Assembly: GCA_013239625.1 (NCBI GenBank)
Contig: MU055488.1
Location: 219,882-283,881, forward strand
Length of the DNA: 64,000 nucleotides
Reading direction: 5' to 3'
DNA from: Lama guanicoe
Taxonomy: Eukaryota
Of this stretch, positions 53,946 to 64,000 are shown one piece after another. The notes beneath the pieces are model-generated. The model did no database searches, was not told where the DNA came from, and saw only the letters and a list, made by a program, of their open reading frames with translations. The position numbers were made by a program, and so were the translations under genes. Numbering within the stretch: position 1 is the first letter of the stretch; each line of letters starts with the position of its first letter.

Positions 53946-55960
53946 ATAAAAAAGAAGAGAGGCAGCCAGCGGGCGGCCGAGCTGACTCTCAGGCTCCCGC
54001 CCTGTGCAGAGATCGCAGCTGACCTGCCTCAGAAGCTTGTGAGACCAGAGAAGGGCCCCCAGTGCCAGGGAGCCAGTGGCGAGCAGACACGGGTGCGTGA
54101 GGTCAGAGGCCAGGAAGCCGACCGCAGCGGGAAGCTTCCCCGTCTGCGGGCAGGTGGTGAGCAGAGGAAGCAGGGCAGCAGTGTGGACGGCCAGGCGGGC
54201 TCTGGAGCAGGTCCTGTGGGGACGAAACCCATGTGTCAGAGTGTGTTGGCTGCTGGCTGTAATAGCTCGGGTAAAGCAGACGTCCCTTGAAAAATACAAC
54301 TTATCAGAAAAGCAGAAGTGGAAAGATGACTTCTCTGTCCTTCAGTGTTCGTTACTGATACATTGGGACAGTAATTCCCCGCCTGAGAGGTTTTAAACAC
54401 AGGTCCATTAAGGTATCACGTATGTGCTGTACAGGTCACCTGTTTGAAGCGTGCCGTCCGTGGCTTCTGTGTGTCCACAGGGCTGTGCAGCTGTCCCCAG
54501 AGTCAGGTCTAGGGCCTTTTCATCGCTCCAAAAGGACCCCATCCACGCCCCTTAGCCGTCCCCGAACCCTCGCTGTCCTCGGCGCCACGCAGCGGCTGGT
54601 CCGCCTTCCGTCTGGATTCGCCCGTCTGGTTGTTCCGTATAAACGGACGCGTGCGCTGCGTGGTCCTCTGTGGCCGGCTTCTCTCCCTCAGCACGGCGTT
54701 TGAGGTTGGTCCATGCCGTAGCCTGTCAGGGCCTCGTCTCTTTTGCTGAAGAAGACCCCGTGTGGTGCGGCTCATTGCTGGGGCCGCCGTAACCACACGT
54801 GGTGAGGCAGCGCTCAGGCGCTCCCGCACGGACCTCAAGTCTGTCGTGCTCAGGGTTCCTTCTTGTGTCGCAGGCCCCCGCCCTGGGACAGTTTTACTTC
54901 TTTGGCTTTAGAAGTTCCTCGGCAGGTGTGCTCCCAGCAGTTGTCTGGGGGCTTCCCTGTTGCATGCAGACTGCCTGTTCGCCGCTGCGCCTCGTCTCCT
55001 GCTGCTCCTGGGAGCCGCCTCTCTGTTTTCCGGTCTTCCCGTGACGTGTCCAGGAGTGGACGTCTCTTTATTTCTCTTCTCCCTCTGGGACGCCGTCTCC
55101 ATGCTTTTTGTTCTTCGTGTCTTGTCTCCTTTTCTCCCTGGGTTGTGGTGTCTCTCTCCTGTGTCGCCTGGTTCTCTCACCTGCCGGTCTCATCTGTCAA
55201 AGCCGGACATTGTCCTTTGATCCCGGTGCCTGTCTGTGCGTTATGTGCAGTGAGTTTATACGCGGCGCTGTGTGTGCGTTACAGCTCAACAGGAATCTTA
55301 TTTGTAGCTCATTGTTCACTGCATCTTTGAGACATTTTATGTAGGGTTTTATAGAACCGTAATTTGAAAGGTCCACTATCTAAGCTCCTTTCGGTTTAAA
55401 TTAGGTGATTTTTTTTTTCTTTGTGCTGACTCTGCCAGCCAGGCTGCCTCCCTGTGTGGATGTCTCCACCAGGCCTCCCTCCACGTGGGCGCCTCCTGAC
55501 CGGCCTGGTCACTGACACCCCTGGGGGCCCCTCACCCACTCAGGTTCTGCGTCCCTATGCCCAGCTGTCCCTCTGCAGGAGCACCCCTTCACCCTGCTGG
55601 GCTCTGGCCCCTTTTGTGGGCTGTCTGCCTCGCGGACCCCTCCTCAGCCAGTAGCCGAGCAGGACCCTGTGGGTCCTTCCCAGGACAGACCCCTCCCCAT
55701 ATCCTCTGCTGCAGCTCCTCTCTGAGGGGACCCAGATAGTCGTATCTCACGTGTGTATTTCCTGAGTTTTTCAGAGGCTGAAAACCACACCAAAGGGAAG
55801 AAATCAACTGCTTAATGATCTAGAGCACGTGGCCCCCAGACCTGCTGGCGCCTCGGGGCTGGTAGTGTCGACTCCCTGTCCCCCAGACATCGGCCCGTTA
55901 GGGTCGTGCACGAGCAGACCCCAGACCCTGCGACTGCTCCCTTACCTGGCCGTTGTGCAT

Positions 55961-56044
55961 TTGTTTTCAGAGGAGGTGCTGGGGATTGAACCCAGGACCT
56001 CGCACGTGCTAGGCGTGCACCTTGCCACTGAGCTACGCCCGCCC
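55961..56044 (-). mobile_element. tRNA-derived SINE (Vic-1-like), head only
   Basis: aggaggtgctggggattgaacccaggacctcgcacgtgctagg...ccactgagctacgcccgccc; the 3' tail seen in the other copies is missing. Confidence 0.8.
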
Positions 56045-56209
56045 TGCTTTGCCCATTTTAAGACTGGGTTGCTTTGTCTGTTTGTTGCTGACCCTGTACG
56101 GTCTCTCTGTGTGTGCTGGATTGTGGACCCTTACCAGATACACAGTTTGCAGATGTTTTCTCCAGTTCTGTGGGTTGTCTGTTTTCTTGATCTTGTTTGT
56201 GTCATTTTT

Positions 56210-56594
56210 CTTTTTTTTTAATTGAAGTACAGTTGATCTACAATGTTGTGTTTGTTCTGGGTGTACAGTAACGTGATTGAGTTACACATGCATGTGTTTC
56301 CTTTTAGATTCTTTAGCATTATAGGTTATTGCAAGGTACTGAATAGAGTTCCCTGTGCTGTACAGTAGGACCTTGTTGCTTATCTGTTTTATAGATAGTA
56401 GTCTGTGTCTGCTAATCTCAAACTCCTAATGTATCCCTCCCCTACCCTCTGTCCCCTTTGGTAACCGCAAGTTTATTTTTTGTGTCTATGAATCTATTTC
56501 TGTTTTGTAAGTAAGTTCCTTTGTAACATTTTTTTAAGATTCCACATGGAAGTGTTATTGTATAGTATTTGTCTTTCTCTGTCTGACTTACATA
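56210..56594 (-). mobile_element. 5'-truncated younger LINE-1 nested in an older L1
   Basis: ttttttaattgaagtacagttgatctacaatgttgtg...; perfect 13-bp TSD ttgtgtcattttt at 56197-56209 and 56595-56607. Older L1 ORF2 remnant at 56045-56196. Confidence 0.88.
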
Positions 56595-59500
56595 TTGTGT
56601 CATTTTTAATGTAAGAATTTCCCTATTTTAACTCTCATTTTAGTTCTCTTTATCTGCGCCACTTTGGAGGGTGTGAAGTGTGTGCGTACGGGTTTTTAAA
56701 GGGTATCCCTAGTTTTTTTATTTTAAGGTATTTGATACTTCTTCAATAAGAATTGAGATTATGAAATAATTTATAGTTTGAAGAAGGAAAGTATTAAGCA
56801 CGTTTAAAGTGGTACATGCTTAGCGTTTATACTTGACATACGTATGGGAGCCACGTAAATTTAAAAACCTTGGTGTCATGTGGTTTTATCTGTGTTGTTT
56901 TTAAGAATTGAAGTTCATAATCTGGGTCAAAACTAAGATTGTGATGTTTATGAACAAGGAGTGGCTTGACTGGGGGTGTGTTAGTCGTGTGCGGTGCGCT
57001 CAGAAAGTAATGTCTTTGCGCAGAGTTTATTATTTTAGATACTTGGGTAATATTTATGCTGTTTTAATGGGAAATCTTTTTCTGAATCTTTTAATGGGAA
57101 ATCCTTCGACCTGGAAAAGCGCTTTACCTGCTCAGCTTATTTCTGCGTCTCTGTAACTTGGTCATCGGTTTCTGCCAGCAGCGGGCCCGTTCGGGGTTCT
57201 GGATGCAGTGCAGGTCGGCTGGTTTGATGGGAGTTATGCAGGGAAGGCAGCCGGAGGGTCCAGGCACGTGAGTTCCAGGTTTGCTCGTGATCGTGGTGTG
57301 TTAGCAGGTCTCCTGGTGACACGTCTGGGCGGCAGGTTGCCCCAGGGCGGGGACACGACTGAGGTGGTTTCACGTTTCCCCGGGAGAGGCGGTTGTGTTC
57401 TCTGTGCCTGCCCCGCACTCCTGCCGCGTGAGGGCTGCCTGCGTGCCCCGGGTGCCAGCCTCCTCGGGGGCGGGTGGCTGCAGGTGCTTCCCTGCCCCGG
57501 CTCGGCCTGGGGGCCTCACTGGGGTCCTGCAAAGAGCCCCGGGGCCGCGCTGCTCTGCCTCGGCACCGGAGCAGGCCCTGCTCCGCAGCCTCGGGCTTCC
57601 GGGAAGGAGCCTGGGGAGTGGCCCAGCGGGCACAGGCCCTGACTTCTCCCCAGCAGGCCGGCTGCTGCAGGGTCGTGGAGACGGCTCTGTGCTTGGGTGC
57701 CCTGGGTGTCGAAGCGTAGCCCTGAAGCGGGTCCGTTCTTGGTGGAGGTGCAGTGGGCCGCAGGCAAGTGCTCGGGGCTAATCTAGCACCTGGAGCGTGG
57801 AGAGGAAGTGAGGATGGGGCTCTGCCTGGCTGTCATGGGGATGGGCCCGTGGTTGGGGGTATTTGCCAGTTTTTGGATGAAGGGAGGATGAGGCCAAGTT
57901 CTGCCTGTACTTGGTGGGACTTCTCCCCACCAGGCACAGCCATGCCTGAGGCGTGTTGTGTGCGCGTCACTCTAGGGGAGGGCAGCGTGAGGGGGTCACG
58001 GGGGCAGGTCAGGCAGTGTAGCTGTGGGAGTCCAGGCCTGCAGTCTGAAGTCTGCTGTCCGCGCTGCCTTGTCCAGCTGCCCAGAGCAGTGCCCTGGCTG
58101 GTGAGACGGGAGAAGACACCTGTCCTGATGAGCTGGGCCCCGGCGGGTGCAGACTCGTCACCCATCAGACCCGAGTGGCCTGTCATCCAGTGTTTGTCCT
58201 GCTGGCCGTCTGGCCTTGGACGGCGCGGCCTCTCTCGGGCCTCCTGCATGCTGGGTGTCAGGTCCCATGACCCTCATCCGGCGAGGCGGGGTCTCCAACA
58301 GGATGGTCCTCCAGACCTGGTGGTTCTAAAGTCGTGCTGTGGACACCTTGGGGGAGTTCTGGGGACTGCGGCCGGAGTCCAAGGCTGTGAGTCAGTGGCA
58401 GAACTCGTCCTGACTCCCGGTTAAGCCTCTAATTCTCCTGAGCACTGTTTTTGCTCCTTTAAAGTTGTTGTGCCTGGGCCACTCTGTCATCAGCTGTGGG
58501 TGTTTCCTGCACCAGCAGCACAGCCATGCTCCCTCCCCTCCCTGTCCGGTGGCCTTTGGCAAAGGGACAGGATGGACCGGCACTGGTCCTCGTGCCGGGG
58601 GTGGGGGTGGGTGGGGGCAGAGATGGAGAGAGGTCTTATCTCTACCTGCAAAGGAGGGTGGTTCAGAGCTCAGGGAGAGTTTAATTGGCCAAGTGCCATG
58701 GCTTAGGTGGCTTGAAATGAAGGAGTTCTGACACAACATGGATCGAGGCCAGATGGGCCCCCAGGGAGGCCATTGTGACAGCCGGGAGATGTGCTGGCTG
58801 TGCTGGACTAAGGAGTGGGGAGCAGCTGTGTGGGTTTAATCCGGAAGGTTCAGGCTGCCCCATGGCAGTTCTCATGTCACCTCATTTCAGGGTGCTGGGA
58901 GGGCACATCCCTGTCCCGAGTCCTGGCCCCGGCAGGCACGGTGGGCACCTGGACAGGTGTGGGTGACGTAGTGGGATGGCTTTGTGTCTGGTCACGGCTT
59001 TCCTGGGTACCCATGGTGTCCTCTTGCTCGGTTTTAATAAACCGCGGCTGCGAGAGGGGAGAGCCCCGTTTGGTGGCATCGCTCCAGGCGCTGCGGTGCT
59101 GACGAGGTGACAGCTGCTCCCGCACGGCCCTGACTCGGCGGGAAGTGTGGGCTGCGGCCGCAGGCGCTGCAGAGCGGGCAGCCCTGGCCCCGCGGGGTCC
59201 GGGTGTGGGGCTGCCCGCTCCTCCCCGCAGCCCCCCTCGCAGCTGGTGTGAGGCCTGGGAGAGGGGGCTCAGGAGGAATGGAATGTCTTGATCTTGAGGG
59301 AACGTCTGAAAAGGTGGGGTTTCAGTGGTGAAAAAATTAAAAGGTGTGCCAGGAGGTTGTATGTCTTGAGGATTATTTCTAAGCAAACAATTTCACTTGA
59401 CCTCGAGCACAGTTTTCCAGCCAAGAGTTAGAGCACTTGGTCCCCGCCGTGGTGAAGAAATGAGTCCGCTCTGGGGATTTCTGAACGTTGGAGTCCCATC

Positions 59501-62500
59501 TGTCCCTGTCCTTCCTTGTGTCGACCGTGAAGTGTTCGCAGCCCGAAGGCTTGGGCACGTTTGCCTTAGGCTGGGGGACAGGCGCATGAGGGAGGGAGAG
59601 CTTGCCTTGCAGCTGCACTGTTGCTGGTGCAGCTCACCTTGGGAGAAGCTGAAGATCGGGGACGGCAAGTCCATTTCAAAAGGGGCGGAGAGGCGTCTCT
59701 CTGTCGTCCTTCATGTACGAAGAAGGATGTGCTTGGGTGAAATGCTGAGGAGATATTTCCAAGAGGAAACTGCGTAAGCAGTTTAAAACGTTGCAAAGGA
59801 TGTTTGTTCTTGGAGAAAGAGTGAGAGAGAAACACTTAGATTCGCTCGCGACCGACTGGCACCTACTGTGTGCAGGGGCAGGGTGCAGGATGGTGTGGGC
59901 AGGGCTCCGGAATCCCCGTGCTGGCAAGACCTGGGCGGGGGGAGGTCTCCTGCCGCTGTCCTCAGGCACGGTGACCTGAAGTTCTCAGCGCCCCCGAGAC
60001 GAAGTTCCTCAGCTGCCCTGGAGGTTCCGAGTGTGCCAGGCCCACCAGACTTGGTGTCAGCTCCCTTCTGCTTCTGCAGCCTCTGCACTCTGACTTTGTC
60101 CCGGGCCTTCAGAACACTTGGACGTTTAGATTCTGATCTCTCAGTGACAGACAGACATCGTCAGTCTCAAGTTCCCCGTGACCTAAACACCGGGCAGCTC
60201 TTGTTGCGGCCCCGGCACAGACGCCCCGGCATCTGGAAGTGGAAGCCCTCGGGTCTCCCGGCGGAGCTCCCAGCCCCTCCTTTAAAGCCCCTGGAGGTGG
60301 GGGTGTTTCAGAGTCAAGACCTCTTCATCCCCAGGCAGGTCGTGGGTTCCTCCGCTGTGTGGCCTCCGCCCCCCGTGGAGTCCGGGCGGCGCCCACAGCT
60401 GACACAGGCGCCCTCCTGCAGGGCATGTGGCCAGAGCCACAGCGGGAGGGGAGCGCACACTGTAGGCTGACCCGTGTCAGCTCAGCCAGGCTTTGCTGCC
60501 AAAGAAGATCCCAGCCCCTCTTCTCAGAGCTTCTGGATTGTGCAGTTGTGGGTGCGGGACTCCGAGCCTTCATCACCTGTTGAAATAAACGGTGAGAGGA
60601 ACTAAGGTATGCAAATGTCTTAAATACTGTTTTTTAAGATTAGAAAAACCCATATTTATCCAAACCATTAGTCAAATACTTGGTTTTTGTTGAGGGGAGG
60701 GGAGATGGTGGAGGAGCTCCCAGCTTACTAGGAAGGGGCAGACTGGGAGCGCAGGCTCCGGGGGCTGCGGGATGAGGCCCCAGGCCTGCAGGCCGCTGGG
60801 GTGGGCTGTCACTCCTGGGACCCCCGATGGCTGCACTCGGACCCGAGGGTGACGCCGGGGAGGAAGCCTGCCACTGGTCACCGAGGCCGGAGGTGGGAGG
60901 GGCTCTGGACTGGGAGGTGCAGTTTGGAGGATCAGCCAACGTGGCACGTGCAGGGGGCTGCTGGTCACCGGGGTGGGGGCCCGGCGCAGCCCTGCCGGCT
61001 GCATGGTGACTGTTGCACACAGACTGGAGCCAGAGTGATGCTTGTGACTCAGACGTGTGTGTTTTCATTTGCGTGCAGACATGTAGACGTGAACTTAGCA
61101 GCGAAAGCACCCTCTCACCTGTCGAACTGGCCTTTAGGAGATACTGTGAGTGGTCTGTCATCGTAGAGTGAGGCTCTTCACTGATTCTGGTTCGTTCTAC
61201 TTTCAGTAATCTGAGAGCAGATTTCGTATTTCCTTTTTCGCTCTTGCTGGTTCACCGTCCTTTTCAAGTTGTAGTAGTAACCCTCCACAGAAGGTCCCTC
61301 TAGTCCGATGGAGCTGGGAGGGCTGCCCGTGACCCAGGCTTCTCAGAGCAGCTGTGACCTGCCCTCCCGTTCAGCCGCTCTGGGGAGGGTCCTGCGCACC
61401 AGAGGGCGTTCTTATGGCAGCCAGGGCCGAGGCCCGCTGCCTGAGCACCAGCCTGCGATGCTGAACTGAGCAAATGACACGTGGCACTTACGGAGGGAGG
61501 GGCGTGTGCTCCGGCTCTTGTGAAAGCTGTGCTCTTAAAGGTGGTGTTTTCCCAGCATGACCCAAAGGTGCGGAGAGCCGTGGGGCTGGTGGGCGAGGCC
61601 TGTCTTCCCAGCCTGCCCTGTGGTGCCGTCTGCTCCGACCAGCGCCTTGTGAACAGGAGGACCACGGTGGCGTTGCTTGGCGCTTGTCAGGAGAAGAGCC
61701 TCTGTGATGTCTGCCTGCCTGTGCTGCGCACGGCGGGAGCGGAGCCCGGGGAGGTGGGTGGCAGCGCCCTGCCCTGACGTGCCATGCCATCTGGGGACCT
61801 CTGGGCCCTATGGGGCGGTGGGCCTGCAGATGGACAGGGTCGAGGAGGCTCCAGGGTGTCAGTCCATCCGAGCCCCAGAGGGCCAGCAAGGGAATGGTGG
61901 GGGAGGTGAGGGAGGACATCCTAGAGGTGCGTGGGAGCCGGTGGAGGGCACTGTGCCCGGGGACCTGGGCTGACCTGGGCTGACCTGGGCAGTCCCTCTG
62001 CGCCCCGGTTTCCCCGCTGTGCCCCCACCTCCCGCTCCTCCGCTGACAGTTGGTCTCTGTCCACGTGACCTTCAGTAATCGCTCTCAGCACTCGTGTCTC
62101 GTTGGCGTCCTTCACCTGCTGTCTCCTCTCCAAGTTGCAGTGTTCGCAGTTTGTGATGTAGTGAGCTCGCCATGTGTGCTGGCCAGCACATCTTTCTCCG
62201 TCGTGTCACACTTACCATTTGTTACTTATCTTGAAACGCTCTTTAGTGTCTTGGGCTGCTGTGTGCCCTTTGCTCATCACCTCCTCTGTGCAAGTGGTGT
62301 GGTGGGAGCTGCCCTCCACACCCGGGGGAGGGGTGCGCCTTGCTGTTTGCCTCGGTCTCACTTGTGATTACACGAAGCGTTTCGGAAGGCCCCGCCCCAG
62401 GTAGAACTCTACGAGCCCCTGTCTTGAAATGGCCATCGCATCGTTTCTTGTGAGGAGAGCCTCCGTCTGTGGCTAGTGTGCCGCACAATAACGGTCGGAC

Positions 62501-63303
62501 CCGCCTAGGCTGGCCTGTGTGCCCTGCATTTGCTGGGAGCCCTTATGGTCTTAGGGCTTCTGCTGAGGGAGCATCCGTTCTTGCCTCGGCTCTCAGTTGC
62601 AGCACTAGGGGCGGTGCTGGGGGGTCTTGTTCACAGAGAGGATGCTTGGGGGGCTCCTGGACCAGCTCGGCCACGTAACTTTCCCATGGAAAGGGAGTGG
62701 GCTTCGTGGGCGCTCCCACTGTGTTGGGGTGGGTGTGCTTGTGGCGTCTAGGGGAGAGGGGAGCCAGGTGGCGCGCAGGTCGGGTGCCCACCCCCAGCAA
62801 CACAGGATGCTACTGAGATATCTCTCCCCTACGTGTGGTGGGGACGAGCCCTGGCTGGGTTCTCCCCACGTCCATGGGGCTGGGGTCCCTCACCCTCCAA
62901 GGAAGGCCAGCACGCAGGTCTGCGCTCCCCACTGTGCCGGGTGAAGGCTGGCACTGCTGCCTGCAGGTCGGCCAAGGGCCTTTGAGACAGTTTTTCAGAC
63001 GTCCTGTGGGAACTGAGAACCAAGTGTCTGTGGAACCAGATTTTCTGTCCGTCATTTCCTCTCCGCCAGCAAATTCAACATTGGTTTTTTTCTCAGCAAG
63101 TTGGACTGCATTCTTTAGGTAGGTATGATGGCTATTTGTACTGGTGGCTGAAATAAAAGTTCTGTGGTGGTGGCCACACCCACTCCCAGGGAACTAGTGC
63201 TTTCCTGGACTCAGACTCAGGCAGGCGGGCTCAAGGCCTGAGTGTGGCTCCCCAGGCAGTGCCGTCAGGTGACGAGGTGGCTCAGTGATCTTTGTGGTCC
63301 AGA

Positions 63304-64000
63304 GGCATCCTGGGAGACTCAGCCAAGTGCATCCTGGGAGCTGTCATTTTAATGCACCCTGGGAGATGTCATCCTAGTGTAGCATCCTGGGAGATGTCTT
63401 CCTAGTCTAGCATCCTGGGAGATGTCTTCCTAGTGTAGCATCCTGGGAGATGTCTTCCTAGTCTAGCATCCTGGGAGATGTCTTCCTAGTGTAGCATCCT
63501 GGGAGATGTCTTCCTAGTGTAGCATCCTGGGAGATGTCTTCCTAGTGTAGCATCCTGGGAGATGTCTTCCTAGTGTAGCATCCTGGGAGATGTCTTCCTA
63601 GTGTAGCATCCTGGGAGATGTCTTCCTAGTGTAGCATCCTGGGAGATGTCTTCCTAGTGTAGCATCCTGGGAGATGTCTTCCTAGTGTAGCATCCTGGGA
63701 GATGTCTTCCTAGTGTAGCATCCTGGGAGATGTCTTCCTAGTGTAGCATCCTGGGAGATGTCTTCCTAGTGTAGCATCCTGGGAGATGTCTTCCTAGTGT
63801 AGCATCCTGGGAGATGTCTTCCTAGTGTAGCATCCTGGGAGATGTCTTCCTAGTGTAGCATCCTGGGAGATGTCTTCCTAGTGTAGCATCCTGGGAGATG
63901 TCTTCCTAGTGTAGCATCCTGGGAGATGTCTTCCTAGTCTAGCATCCTGGGAGATGTCTTCCTAGTGTAGCATCCTGGGAGATGTCTTCCTAGTGTAGCA
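63304..64000. repeat. 28-bp minisatellite (AGCATCCTGGGAGATGTCTTCCTAGT(G/C)T), truncated by the window end
   Basis: 22 full copies from 63381 to 63996 plus a partial copy; C-variant units start at 63381, 63437 and 63913. Three diverged precursor units lie at 63304-63380. Confidence 0.97.

Noticed and set aside
61962-61990. Short tandem repeats (gacctgggct x3; also tgtgg repeats near 38213, a 15-bp duplication near 57062, and TG/CA tracts near 2450, 26660 and 50210)
   Set aside because: Ordinary slippage products with no evidence of function.
60584-63097. Intronic TBCD polyadenylation at AATAAA near 60584 and 63092
   Set aside because: Isolated hexamers with no clearly defined terminal exon; compatible with chance.
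63304-64000. CRISPR array
   Set aside because: Units are head-to-tail with no unique spacers, there are no cas genes, and the context is mammalian. It is a minisatellite.

Overview
This is GC-rich mammalian genomic DNA, most likely camelid, since six short tRNA-derived SINEs look like Vic-1. The + strand carries the CpG-island promoter and coding exons 1-13 of TBCD (tubulin-folding cofactor D). All 13 exons have GT-AG boundaries and continuous phase, giving 1342 coding nt (447 codons + 1). The rest of the window is TBCD intron 13; exon 14 was not found. Nested antisense in intron 13 is the complete ZNF750 CDS (41639->40213 joined to 40106->39479, 684 aa), with its 3'UTR and several candidate first exons/promoters. 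The remainder is intronic repeat debris (L1, MIR, LTR, hAT, SINE), an 85-bp perfect tandem duplication, a 28-nt N gap and a 28-bp minisatellite that runs off the window end. I see no evidence of a wholly new biological system; the TBCD/ZNF750 nesting is known. The leads most worth testing are regulatory: a minisatellite resembling tandem ZNF143/Staf sites, convergent intronic TATA/initiator/donor modules, a stop codon built into the last ZNF750 donor, and a SINE micro-inversion. Comparisons with human proteins and repeat-family names are from memory, not database searches, and repeat boundaries without TSDs are approximate. Nearly all other ORFs in the supplied track are GC-rich noise.
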